Source: Candidatus Zixiibacteriota bacterium
GTDB lineage: Bacteria; Zixibacteria; MSB-5A5; WJJR01
Length of the DNA: 16,768 bases
Direction of reading: 5' to 3'
Assembly: GCA_036170655.1 (NCBI GenBank)
Contig: JAVHPP010000045.1
Span: 1-16,768 of the forward strand
The notes under the pieces were generated by a model. It saw only the letters and a list, made by a program, of their open reading frames with translations, did no database searches and had not been told where the DNA came from. The position numbers and the translations under genes were made by a program. Of the stretch, positions 1-8,948 are shown one piece after another (the first letter of the stretch is position 1; every line of letters starts with the position of its first letter).

Positions 1-132
1 AATCTGACCCGCTTGCAAAAAAGGGAAAATGATTGGAATTACCTGTTGACAAGACACACCCATGGTGCCTTTTTGGGTGTGCAGGGCGGAGACTGAAAGA
101 GACATTAGGTTTGAGTAAATGGGAGGCAAGAA

Positions 133-1125
133 ATGAAAGGGACTGTTATCAAACATCTGGGTCTGGCGCTTTTACTCAACGCATTGCTGATAGGGTTCGG
201 CGCTGTCGCCATGGCGGCCGATGGCGACGTGACTATCCATTCGGATACGGTCAAGGCCGACTCGATTGCGTCGATCGGCATCTTCGTTCGCAACGACCTC
301 GACATCAAGCAGTACGTCCAGCCGCTGAAGATCTTCGCTGACACCGTTGGTCACGCGAACATCAAGAGCTTGGCGATCAAGGATGGCAGCGCGACCTCCC
401 GTTTCCATGGCCGGTTGGGAGATATCGCTGTCCACAATGGCTATGTCACCCAAGACGGTACTTGTCTGACCACGCCGCCGAACGTTGGCTTCAAAACCAT
501 TTCGTGGAACGATACCCTCACTCACACTCAGGATCTGGATACACTCACCCCGAAGCCAGTTCGCTTGCCGATTGCTTTTATGATCGTGCGCGGCAAGATC
601 GTGGGCGCGTTGACCGTTCCGCCCGGCACGGATGCACCGACAGATCCGTCCTTCTTCATCGAAGTGGGCGTCGATACGGGCGCGGGCACATTCATAATCG
701 ACACCGTATGTACAAACCCGGCCAATCACCTTCTGATGGTGAAGACGACCGGCACACCCAATTCCCTTGTTCCGTCGTTTGGGAAGGGGACCATCACTGT
801 GGTGGCCCCGATCGCCGTCCAGTATCTCGGTGGCGATGGCATCCCACGAGACTATGCGCTCGATCAGAACTATCCGAATCCGTTCAATGCCTCGACGGTC
901 ATCAAGTTTAACACGAAGCACGACGGGAATGTGCGGCTGACTGTTTACAACATCCTCGGACAACCAGTGCGCACGCTCGTTGATGAGTTCCGCCATTATG
1001 GGCCGCAGGCCGTGGATTGGGATGGGGCCGATGTGTCTGGGCGGCCGGTGGCGAGCGGTATGTATTTCTATCGCCTTGTGACAGAAGACTTTACAGCCGT
1101 CAAGAAGATGGTGCTGTTGAAGTAA
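133..1125 (+). CDS. Secreted protein with a beta-rich (possibly cohesin-like) N-terminal region and a C-terminal T9SS type A sorting / FlgD Ig-like domain
   Basis: 330-aa ORF; SD-like GGGAGG at 121-126; signal peptide MKGTVIKHLGLALLLNALLIGFGAVAMA; C-terminus YALDQNYPNPFN...VYNILGQPVRTLV...WDG...ASGMYFYRL...KKMVLLK is the typical FCB-group CTD. Confidence 0.85.
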   Translation: MKGTVIKHLGLALLLNALLIGFGAVAMAADGDVTIHSDTVKADSIASIGIFVRNDLDIKQYVQPLKIFADTVGHANIKSLAIKDGSATSRFHGRLGDIAVHNGYVTQDGTCLTTPPNVGFKTISWNDTLTHTQDLDTLTPKPVRLPIAFMIVRGKIVGALTVPPGTDAPTDPSFFIEVGVDTGAGTFIIDTVCTNPANHLLMVKTTGTPNSLVPSFGKGTITVVAPIAVQYLGGDGIPRDYALDQNYPNPFNASTVIKFNTKHDGNVRLTVYNILGQPVRTLVDEFRHYGPQAVDWDGADVSGRPVASGMYFYRLVTEDFTAVKKMVLLK

Positions 1126-1160
1126 ACACCTACCTTATTTCCTCCTCCTTTTCTTTCTGG

Positions 1161-1203
1161 GCGGAAGACCCCGTTCGCAAGCCGAACAGGGTCTTCTGTT
1201 TGT
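1161..1203 (+). terminator. Rho-independent terminator
   Basis: GCGGAAGACCC(C)GTTCG-caagc-CGAAC(A)GGGTCTTCTGT followed by TTGT, about 35 nt after the stop at 1125. Confidence 0.75.
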
Positions 1204-1346
1204 GGTGGTGGATCCCCCCAGAGCCACCCAGCAGTATGAACTTTCCCGTCGCCCCCGAGTAGGGGTGACTTCCAGCCGCCCGAAACGGCGAGAATGGCAT
1301 TATGGCTGCGTAACGAATTGTCGCACAACGTGATGCGTGAATCTTC

Positions 1347-1375
1347 TTGACTTTAACCTCGATATGGCATAAAAT
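1347..1375 (+). promoter_or_regulatory. Sigma-70 promoter of the GH35-like gene
   Basis: TTGACT (1347-1352) -17 bp- TAAAAT (1370-1375). The predicted TSS near 1382 is only about 3 nt upstream of ATG 1385. Confidence 0.65.
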
Positions 1376-1384
1376 GCAAACTTC

Positions 1385-3667
1385 ATGTCTCTAAGCGAAA
1401 AGGATGATATGGAGCAACCGCAGGACGATTATCAAACCATAAGTATCGGCGGGGTAAAGGATTCCAGGGTTTCGCTCAAGATTGCCGACCACAAATTCGT
1501 GATCGGCAAGGAGGAATTCTACCCATTCGTGGCGGAGATGCACTACCACCGGATTCCCAAACGTCATTGGTCGGTCTGCTTCGAGCGCATCCGGCGGGCG
1601 GAGTTCCGGATCATCTCCACGACTGTTCCCTGGAATCTCCACGAGACAAAGCAGGGGGAGTTCGACTTCGAGGGGATGTTTGATCCGACGAAGGACCTGA
1701 TTGTTTTCTTGGAATTGTGCCGTGAGTTCGGGTTTCGGATCATTCTCAAGTTGGGGCCGTGTCTCGCGGCCGAGGACCGTGGGGGGCTGCCAGAGTTTGC
1801 CGCCCGGCACCCAGAGAACATCGCCGTCGATCCCCAAGGTCAGCCGCTCCAGGCAGACCCCGGTGGCGGCGCTCAGCCCGGGCCGGTGCTGTCATACCTC
1901 AGCGGACGCGTGCAGATTCTTCTGAAGAATTACTACACGTCGTTCTTGGAGAAAGTGAAGAATTACGTCTACCCGCGGGGACCTGTCTTCATGATTGAAT
2001 TGGATCATGAGACATCCTTTGGCGGTCACTTCTATCCGTTTTCCGGTGATTATAACCCGCAAGGGAGTCTCGCGGCCTTTCCGCGATTTCTGGAAGAGAA
2101 ATATGGGACGCTGGACAAGTTGAACAAGGCCTACCACCTCCGTGTCAAGGATTTCTCGGAGGTCCCCCCGCTCACCGGATTCGAGGCCAAGACGCCGGCC
2201 GATTACCGCAAGCCGCTCGACTGGGTGGAGTTTCGCGAGTGGGTGGTCAATCGGTACGCGGAGTCGCTCAGCGAATTCCTGCTTCAATCCGGGGTCTCTG
2301 TCTTGTTTTCGCGCAGTCTGGCGTTTCGTGGCGCCTATCATTTTCCCGATGTGGCGGGCGCTCACGGGGGAGGCCGCGTCATTTTCACCGTGAACTTGGG
2401 CTGGGATGTTCCCTTTGCCGAGACCGTACGCCGTGCCCACAGCGTCGCCGGGTGGCAGTCGACCGGGTACAGTTCGCAGTTTTCAATTGGCAACCGTCAT
2501 GCCGATCCTGCGTCCGGGCACGCATTCTATCCCGTCAGCGCTGCTGATTCGAAGCGTCTCCTGATCGCCGCCCTCGCCGGCGGGATCAGGGGATTCGATT
2601 TCCACATGTTCGTTGGACGCAACGACTGGTACGATGCCGCGGTCGAATCGGACGGCGCCGTCATGCCGTCGTATGAGGTGGTGCGCGATGCCTATGCTCA
2701 TTTGTTGCGGATGAAGTATGACCAAATGAAGGACTTTGCCGGCGTTGCGCTTGTCCAGTACCGTCCCTATCTGCGTCTGGTCAACCTTGCGCCGGAGGGA
2801 ATCCCGAATCCGGTCATCGGGCCCTATTCCTACCTGACCGATTTGATGGGGGCTGGTTTCTCCGATATTGCCGATGATTTGGGCGCCCTCGGTCACGACT
2901 ATCGAATCATGGAGCTGGGTGCCAGCGAGCGCCTGGGTGAATACAAGGTGGTCTTTGTCCCCGTTGGCGAGTTCATGGATGCGCCCGATCAAGATCGTCT
3001 GCTGGAACTGGCGCGCAACGGCGCCCACCTGGTATTGTTTGGTCTGCTTCCCACTCTGAACACAAATTTCGAGGCCTGCGAGATTCTGGCCAATGGCATC
3101 GGCATCAAGACCGCGTCCGATCCCGGCATCGTGAGCGTGGAGACGCAAAAACAGGTGTTTACCGTTAATGCGCTGGGTGTCATCAAGCGGGTGCCCAATC
3201 GGGCAGTCAAGCTTGCCAAAGTGGGGACGAAACTTTATGGCGCCAGTGTCAAGTGCGGGAAGGGCATTACCACCGTGCTGACTTTTGCGCCGGGCTCGCG
3301 GTTGCTCCCAACGAAACTCGCATTCATGCAGGAGCTGCTGGCCCTTGGGAAGCTGGTATCACCCGTCTTTTCTTCTGATCCCATGGTGCACGTGGCTGTC
3401 CATGCCCATAGCAATGGGGCGCTTCTGATGGTCTATGAGACCACCGACACGGTGGGCAGCGGCGCGCAATCCCACGCCGCGGTAACTCGTCCTGTGATTA
3501 TTGGTCTGGATACTGTTGCCATCGGTCTGGCGGCGCGGCATCTGACGATGACCGATGTCTTGGGGACCGAGACCATCAACATCTCTCCGAAAGATCTGAA
3601 AGCGGGCGTCGAGATCCGGCTCTCTCCCGGAGACTCCCGCCTCTTCACCATCGAAAAGAAATCGTAG
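1385..3667 (+). CDS. Beta-galactosidase-like protein, GH35/GH42 hybrid architecture (clan GH-A), cytoplasmic; catalytic nucleophile may be absent
   Basis: 760 aa; GH35 motifs AEMHYHR, VPWNLHE...GEFDF, ILKLGP..AAE.RGGLP, GPVFMIELDHE, GFDFHMFVG; a GH42-like segment FPRFLEEKYGTLDKLNKAY...DW.EFR; a GATase-like middle domain (YKVVFVP...LARNGAHLVLFG). No signal peptide. Alternative start at ATG 1409. Confidence 0.8.
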   Translation: MSLSEKDDMEQPQDDYQTISIGGVKDSRVSLKIADHKFVIGKEEFYPFVAEMHYHRIPKRHWSVCFERIRRAEFRIISTTVPWNLHETKQGEFDFEGMFDPTKDLIVFLELCREFGFRIILKLGPCLAAEDRGGLPEFAARHPENIAVDPQGQPLQADPGGGAQPGPVLSYLSGRVQILLKNYYTSFLEKVKNYVYPRGPVFMIELDHETSFGGHFYPFSGDYNPQGSLAAFPRFLEEKYGTLDKLNKAYHLRVKDFSEVPPLTGFEAKTPADYRKPLDWVEFREWVVNRYAESLSEFLLQSGVSVLFSRSLAFRGAYHFPDVAGAHGGGRVIFTVNLGWDVPFAETVRRAHSVAGWQSTGYSSQFSIGNRHADPASGHAFYPVSAADSKRLLIAALAGGIRGFDFHMFVGRNDWYDAAVESDGAVMPSYEVVRDAYAHLLRMKYDQMKDFAGVALVQYRPYLRLVNLAPEGIPNPVIGPYSYLTDLMGAGFSDIADDLGALGHDYRIMELGASERLGEYKVVFVPVGEFMDAPDQDRLLELARNGAHLVLFGLLPTLNTNFEACEILANGIGIKTASDPGIVSVETQKQVFTVNALGVIKRVPNRAVKLAKVGTKLYGASVKCGKGITTVLTFAPGSRLLPTKLAFMQELLALGKLVSPVFSSDPMVHVAVHAHSNGALLMVYETTDTVGSGAQSHAAVTRPVIIGLDTVAIGLAARHLTMTDVLGTETINISPKDLKAGVEIRLSPGDSRLFTIEKKS

Positions 3668-3705
3668 ACTCTCTTCCCCGTTGATTTTGGGGAATCGTAG
3701 AGTTT
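3668..3705 (+). terminator. Possible terminator hairpin after the GH35-like gene
   Basis: ACTCT..TTCCCC-gttgatttt-GGGGAA..AGAGT directly after the stop, with only a short T run. Confidence 0.35.
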
Positions 3706-4044
3706 ACGCCAGGGGACCGTGCGAAATTTCTGTCGCAAAACCGTTGGATAGATGCAACAGGATGACTCGCCGTGCGTAGATAGTTGGGATCGCGAATGGG
3801 TTAGGGGTCCGGGCGGATGACGGGCTGTGCAGGGCAATACAAGCCGATCTGGGATCACCAAGCTACCGACGAACGGGAATTAATTGACTCAGTCTGGATG
3901 GATTGCGGGAACCTCCCCATTGAACACGGGTTACAATGGGCTTGATGTTGGGACTTGTGTTCAAGGGTGGGGTTTTGTATCTTACAAGTTTGTGTCGCAA
4001 AGCGGTGCCTTTCCGGCAAGCAGCGACCAGTGAGGTTGAAGGCG

Positions 4045-5505
4045 ATGCTTAAGAGTTTTCTTCGTGCGCCGCGCAACGGTGCGACCGGGGCGGTTGTCGC
4101 CATTGTTTTCATTGCCGTAACTGCGTCGGCCCAGTCGGCGCCGCCCGGCGTGTGGGTCGATGATCACGGTCACAGCCCATTTGTGAAAGTGGTCAGAGAA
4201 TTCAAGGACGCGGTTGTCAATATCTCGGCCGAGAAGGTGGTTGACGCGCGGCAATATCATAACTTTGACCCGTTCTTCGAAGATTGGTTCGGGCCGGGGG
4301 AGAAGAGCCGTCAGAAGTCCTTGGGATCGGGTTTCATTTTCCGTCCCGAAGGGTATATCCTGACCAACTACCACGTTGTCAATGGAGCCGACAACATCAC
4401 GGTTCGGCTCTCCGACAAGATGGAACTGTCCGGCGAGGTGGTTGGCACTGATCCGGCCACGGATCTGGCGGTGCTGCGGATCAAGGCCGAGCACCCGCTT
4501 CCCTCGATTCCCCTTGGCAATTCCGACTCTATCTTGGTTGGGGACTGGGTGATCGCGATCGGCAATCCGTTTCCGTCGCAGGGTCTCGACCGTACGGTGA
4601 CTGTGGGAGTTGTGTCGGCGGTCGGGCGGAAGGATCTTTATTTCGGCGACGAGACGCCGACCTATCAGAGTTACATCCAGACCGATGCGTCGATCAACCC
4701 GGGAAACTCCGGCGGTCCGCTCGTCAACTTGGCGGGTGAGGTAATCGGCATCAATGCGGCCATCGCCAGCCCCACCGGTTCCAATGTGGGGATCGGGTTC
4801 GCCATCCCGATCAATTTTGCCAAGATGGTTATCCCGGACCTGATGGCGAAGGGGAAGGTGGCGCGTGGGTGGCTGGGGATCCAGCCGCGTGATCTCACGT
4901 GGGATGATGTCGAGGCCGAGGGGCTGAAGTCCGCAAGCGGCGTGGTGATCAACCGCATTATCGAAGGAACGCCGGCGGAAAAGGCCGGGTTACGTGCGGG
5001 AGATGTCATCGTTGCCGTGAATGACAAGTCTGTCGATGATGCACAGGCTTTCATGCAGCAAATCTGGCAGGGACGCGCCGGTTCCATCGTCCGCCTGGAT
5101 GTGCGCCGTCAGGGAGCGGCCCGGGAAGTTTCCGTGACTCTGGCGGATCGGAATGAATACCTGGCGTCAGCCAGCGCGGAAGACAAACCGGCTCAGCCGG
5201 AACAGTCGCGGTGGCTGGGCTTGGAAGTTTCGACAGCAACACCGGAACTGGCCGGGGACTATGGAAGCGAATTCCATCCGGGTGTGATCGTGACCGATGT
5301 CGATCGAACCGGACCGGCCTATGACAAGGGGATTCGCCCCGGAATGATTATTGGAGAAATTGACCATACCGAGATCAAGAACCGGGCGGACTATGTGAAC
5401 GTCATCAGCCGTATGGGCGAGGCGACCCGGCCTGTGTCGCTTCTGGTCTATGACCGCAGCGGCGACACCGGTTACATTGCGGTCCGTCCGGAACATCGGA
5501 AGTGA
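4045..5505 (+). CDS. degP: DegP/HtrA (Do family) periplasmic serine protease with two PDZ domains
   Basis: [17 protein letters not shown] (His), TDLAVL (Asp), [16 protein letters not shown] (Ser), RGWLGI and RWLGL PDZ starts. ATG 4045 has SD GAGGT 8 nt upstream and is followed by a signal-like peptide ending ASA. Confidence 0.93.
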   Translation: MLKSFLRAPRNGATGAVVAIVFIAVTASAQSAPPGVWVDDHGHSPFVKVVREFKDAVVNISAEKVVDARQYHNFDPFFEDWFGPGEKSRQKSLGSGFIFRPEGYILTNYHVVNGADNITVRLSDKMELSGEVVGTDPATDLAVLRIKAEHPLPSIPLGNSDSILVGDWVIAIGNPFPSQGLDRTVTVGVVSAVGRKDLYFGDETPTYQSYIQTDASINPGNSGGPLVNLAGEVIGINAAIASPTGSNVGIGFAIPINFAKMVIPDLMAKGKVARGWLGIQPRDLTWDDVEAEGLKSASGVVINRIIEGTPAEKAGLRAGDVIVAVNDKSVDDAQAFMQQIWQGRAGSIVRLDVRRQGAAREVSVTLADRNEYLASASAEDKPAQPEQSRWLGLEVSTATPELAGDYGSEFHPGVIVTDVDRTGPAYDKGIRPGMIIGEIDHTEIKNRADYVNVISRMGEATRPVSLLVYDRSGDTGYIAVRPEHRK

Positions 5506-5530
5506 ACCATCAGCGAAGGAGGATGCGGGT

Positions 5531-6388
5531 ACGAGCGTAAGAACCTCTCGCAAGTACCGGGATGAAGACCGGTCATTAGATTTGTACCTCAAGGAGATCG
5601 GTGAGACTCCGCTTCTGACGGCCGCCGAAGAGGTGTCCTTGGCGAAGCGCATCAAGCAGGGCGATCAATCCGCCCTCGAGAGACTCACGAAGGCGAATTT
5701 GCGGTTTGTCGTGTCCGTGGCCAAACAGTATCAAAACCAGGGCCTGTCCCTGGCCGATTTGATCAATGAGGGCAACATCGGACTGATCAAAGCCGCCAAG
5801 CGCTTCGATGAGACGCGTGGGTTCAAGTTCATCTCGTATGCGGTCTGGTGGATCCGTCAGGCGATCCTGCAGGCATTGGCCGAGCAGTCACGGATCGTCC
5901 GTCTGCCCCTGAACCGGGTCGGGACGCTCCACAAGATCGGCAAAGTCGCCTCGTCGCTGGAGCAGGAGTACGGACGCGAGCCGTCGCCGGAGGAGATCGC
6001 CAAGGAATTGGAGCTCTCCGAATCCGAAGTATCGGACACGCTGAAGATCTCTAATACGCACCTGTCGCTGGACGCGCCGTTCTCGACTTCGGAGGACAAC
6101 AGTCTCATCGACGTGCTCGAGGATGAACTCCAGCCCGCGCCGGACGAATCCCTGCTTAAGGAATCGCTTCGCGTCGAGATCGAAAAATCGCTGGAGACTC
6201 TCACACCGCGTGAAGCCGAGGTGATCAATCTCTACTTTGGTCTGTCCCATGAAAAGGCGCTGACGCTGGAGGAGATCGGCGTGCGTTTTTCGCTGACCCG
6301 TGAACGGGTCCGACAGATCAAGGAGAAGGCGATCCGCCGCCTGCGTCATGCATCGCGCAGTAAATCCCTGCGCGCTTATCTGGACTGA
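5531..6388 (+). CDS. rpoD: RNA polymerase sigma-70 factor, RpoD/SigA family, short form without region 1.1
   Basis: [10 protein letters not shown] (1.2), [44 protein letters not shown] (2.3-2.4), TLEEIG...TRERVRQI (4.2). Start uncertain: ATG 5450 lies inside degP with no SD; in-frame ACG 5531 has AAGGAGG 8 nt upstream. Confidence 0.92.
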   Translation, partial: TSVRTSRKYRDEDRSLDLYLKEIGETPLLTAAEEVSLAKRIKQGDQSALERLTKANLRFVVSVAKQYQNQGLSLADLINEGNIGLIKAAKRFDETRGFKFISYAVWWIRQAILQALAEQSRIVRLPLNRVGTLHKIGKVASSLEQEYGREPSPEEIAKELELSESEVSDTLKISNTHLSLDAPFSTSEDNSLIDVLEDELQPAPDESLLKESLRVEIEKSLETLTPREAEVINLYFGLSHEKALTLEEIGVRFSLTRERVRQIKEKAIRRLRHASRSKSLRAYLD

Positions 6389-6420
6389 CCGGTCCAACTC
6401 GACAACAGATAACTCCGTTG

Positions 6421-6456
6421 AACCCCGTTCCGCGCAAGCGGGGCGGGGTTTTTGTT
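6421..6456 (+). terminator. Rho-independent terminator after the rpoD-like gene
   Basis: AACCCCGTTCCGC-gcaa-GCGGGGCGGGGTT then TTTGTT; abuts the stop of the convergent gene at 6455. Confidence 0.85.
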
Positions 6457-7828
6457 ACCCGTAGGGTGCATGCTTGGCGGTATCCGATGCGCCGAAACCC
6501 GGCTGTGGCAGGGGAGTGGGGGCAAGGTGGTCGCTCACTTCGGAGCCGGGTGGGGGCACGACTGCACCGGGTACGGGAATCGCATGCTTGGGGCGCGTGC
6601 CGAAGCGCGTCATCACGACGGCGCCTGCGCCGATCGTGGTGATGAAATAACCGAGCAAAATTGTGATCCCGAACAGCGTGATCGATACCATCCGCAGCGA
6701 TGCCGTCGCTGGTTCCCCACCGTCAATCCACGTGAACACAAGGCCCAGGAGCGGGATTGATTGCAGCACGAGATAACCGGTCAGTGTGCGTGTCATCGGT
6801 GTTCGCAGGGCCAACGCTGTATTCTGCGTGATCTTCTCGCCGACCAGAAGACCGATGGACGCCTGCGAGAGGACCAGAGTTGCCGCGACCATCAGCGGCA
6901 GAAGAAAGATCGCAACGGGGATTCCGATGATTGTGACCAGCAGGAGGAGGAACACGGGCAGAATGAGTACCTCCGCCACTAACCCGATAACGAAGGCCTT
7001 GATGGACGCGTGTTCGATTGTCTCCTTAATCTTGGACACGTTCTTTGCCGCCAGCGCATGGGCTAAGAGCACGAGAAAAAACCAGAAAAGCGCGTTCAAT
7101 ACCACGAGCACGGTCAACGTGGTGTGCGGCCAGCTTCGCACCGGCACGAGCGAATTGCTGCCAAACACGTTGAAGAGGATTTCTTCGCGTTTTCCGCCTA
7201 TGCGTCCGCCCGGCTCCTTGTCAATCTCTGAAGCAACGACATCACCCGCCACCGACCCGTTGGGGCCGATATGAACCCGTCCGAACGGGGCGACCACATC
7301 GCCGGCCACGTATCCATCGACATTGACGCTTCCAAAGACCGAAACGGCATCGCCGGTTACCTTCCCCAGGATGTCGACGTGTCCGCCGAAGACGCAGACG
7401 ACGGCGCCACGAATGGTCTCATCCTTGTCAACCGTCACATCGGAAGCGAGATGGACGACATCCTCCTGATTTCGATGTCTCGAGATGACTATTGCACTGT
7501 CCGGACCGATCGAATCGATCATTCGTCGCTTATCGTTCTCGGATACGGAAAAGATGCTCAGGTGACGGCGGTGTCCGCTGCGGTCCACGAACGTGGCGCC
7601 GTTTAGGTCCACCGTGATTTCAGTGGCGTAAATCGAATCGCTGTCGGTGTGCGGAACCGGAGATATGGTCGAGATTTCCGGCAGACTTGGTATGTCAGAG
7701 GGACCCGGACGAACCGGCACGGGCTGGGCCAGTATCATGGCCGCGTTCACTATGGTAATCGATAGGAACAGCAGAACCAGCCAGGCCAAAGGACGATTGC
7801 CGAAATATCGTGGGCGGCTCAGTGGCAT
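6455..7828 (-). CDS. Membrane protein with bactofilin-like (polymer-forming cytoskeletal) beta-helix repeats, several C-terminal TM helices and a Pro-rich tail
   Basis: 457 aa; N-terminal hydrophobic helix; repeats GAVVCVFGGHVDILG / GDAVSVFGSVNVDG / GDVVAPFGRVHIG; the LLLVTIIGIPVA motif typical of this family; about 5-6 hydrophobic segments. Confidence 0.75.
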   Translation of the reverse strand: MPLSRPRYFGNRPLAWLVLLFLSITIVNAAMILAQPVPVRPGPSDIPSLPEISTISPVPHTDSDSIYATEITVDLNGATFVDRSGHRRHLSIFSVSENDKRRMIDSIGPDSAIVISRHRNQEDVVHLASDVTVDKDETIRGAVVCVFGGHVDILGKVTGDAVSVFGSVNVDGYVAGDVVAPFGRVHIGPNGSVAGDVVASEIDKEPGGRIGGKREEILFNVFGSNSLVPVRSWPHTTLTVLVVLNALFWFFLVLLAHALAAKNVSKIKETIEHASIKAFVIGLVAEVLILPVFLLLLVTIIGIPVAIFLLPLMVAATLVLSQASIGLLVGEKITQNTALALRTPMTRTLTGYLVLQSIPLLGLVFTWIDGGEPATASLRMVSITLFGITILLGYFITTIGAGAVVMTRFGTRPKHAIPVPGAVVPPPGSEVSDHLAPTPLPQPGFGASDTAKHAPYG

Positions 7829-7864
7829 CCTTGGTTCACGATCCTGGCGTCCTGCCGGCTATTG

Positions 7865-8932
7865 TCACAACTCCCCAAGGAGAATGTCGCCCGACGACGT
7901 GGAGACATCCAGCGTGTTCTCACCGTCACCCAAGCGTCCGCTCAGTTCGTTGCGCGAATGATGATCGACACGCAGCCCGGGTGTCACGTGGATGTCCCCG
8001 GAGGAACTCGACAGCTTCACGTCACCCACGGTCGATGGCTGCACATAGATTTTGACCTCGCCGGAAACGGTCTCGGCGGCCAGCTTCCCGGTGGCGTGGG
8101 ACAGGTGTGCGATGATGTCTCCGGAGATCGTGTGCAGATCGAATCCGCCAGACTCCTGTTCGACGGTGATCTGTCCCGAGGTCGTTGTTGTGGTGACATT
8201 TCCTTTGACTGCCCGCAGGGTAACGTCACCGGAAATCGTGCTGACATCGGCGCCGTCGGTGGCCCCAGAGATATCGATCGACCCGGACACGGATTGTGCC
8301 TTGAGATCGCCTCCGCAGCCGTCAACGGTAATGTCGCCCGATACCGACTCAACACGCGCTGATCCACTGCAGCCGTCCACCGCGATTTGGCCTGACACGG
8401 AATTGGCCCGCAGGCGGTTTCCCAAGTCCCGTGCCCTGACATCTCCCGATACCGTGCTCAGCTCCATCGTGCCGGTCACGCCGGTGGCTTCGGCGTTGCC
8501 CGAGATGCTCGTCAACTGTCCCGATGCGCCACGCGGTCCGCGCACATGAAAGCTGACGCTGACCATGCGCGACTTGCCGAAGAACTCTTCCAACCAATGG
8601 GAGAAATCACGGCGCTGCCTGACCGACGCTTCGAGAACCCCGGGCTTTCCTTCGACCTTGATTTTCAGTTCCTCGCGAATCTTGCCGGCTTCCTCTTCGT
8701 TACGGGCACGGATCAACACGATGATGTCGACCGTGGCCTGTGTTCCGCTCGTGGCGGTGTAGGAGACATCACCGGAGACAGTCTCGATGTCGATCTCCGG
8801 GGCATTGCCGACCTCGAAGATTTTCGTGTCGTCAAATGTGAAGTCGTCGAGCGCCCACGCCCGCGAGGCGGCGGCGATGACGATCAGCGCCGCGGCCAGC
8901 GCCAGCGACCTGGTCCAGTTCCTGTCTGTCAT
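7865..8932 (-). CDS. DUF4097 family (putative adhesin, YvlB/LiaG-like) beta-strand-repeat secreted protein
   Basis: ATG 8932 with SD GGGAGGA; signal peptide MTDRNWTRSLALAAALIVIAAASRAWA; many ~18-aa (T/S)(V/I)SG(D/Q/N)(I/V) repeats ending DVSTSSGDI. Confidence 0.85.
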   Translation of the reverse strand: MTDRNWTRSLALAAALIVIAAASRAWALDDFTFDDTKIFEVGNAPEIDIETVSGDVSYTATSGTQATVDIIVLIRARNEEEAGKIREELKIKVEGKPGVLEASVRQRRDFSHWLEEFFGKSRMVSVSFHVRGPRGASGQLTSISGNAEATGVTGTMELSTVSGDVRARDLGNRLRANSVSGQIAVDGCSGSARVESVSGDITVDGCGGDLKAQSVSGSIDISGATDGADVSTISGDVTLRAVKGNVTTTTTSGQITVEQESGGFDLHTISGDIIAHLSHATGKLAAETVSGEVKIYVQPSTVGDVKLSSSSGDIHVTPGLRVDHHSRNELSGRLGDGENTLDVSTSSGDILLGEL

Positions 8933-8948
8933 TTGAGTCCTCCCGCGA

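Noticed and set aside
46..81. TTGACA at 46-51 and inverted repeat CACACCCA/TGGGTGTG upstream of the first gene
   Set aside because: No convincing -10 hexamer at 16-18 bp; a promoter or operator cannot be supported.
172..996. Long antisense or alternate-frame ORFs (e.g. 172-996, 12122-12859, 12627-13424, 14448-15215, 16052-16636)
   Set aside because: Shadow ORFs expected in GC-rich DNA over well-supported genes; no recognisable motifs.
1295..1310. Second sigma-54-like motif TGGCATTATGGCTGCG
   Set aside because: GG-N10-GC spacing is right but the -12 element is CTGCG, and a good sigma-70 promoter at 1347-1375 already explains the gene.
3955..4044. Longer ORF-track starts for degP (3955), DUF4097 (9022), small ORF (11924) and M23 (12309)
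   Set aside because: They lack SDs, overlap promoters, leaders or neighbouring genes, and would bury signal peptides; downstream ATGs fit better.
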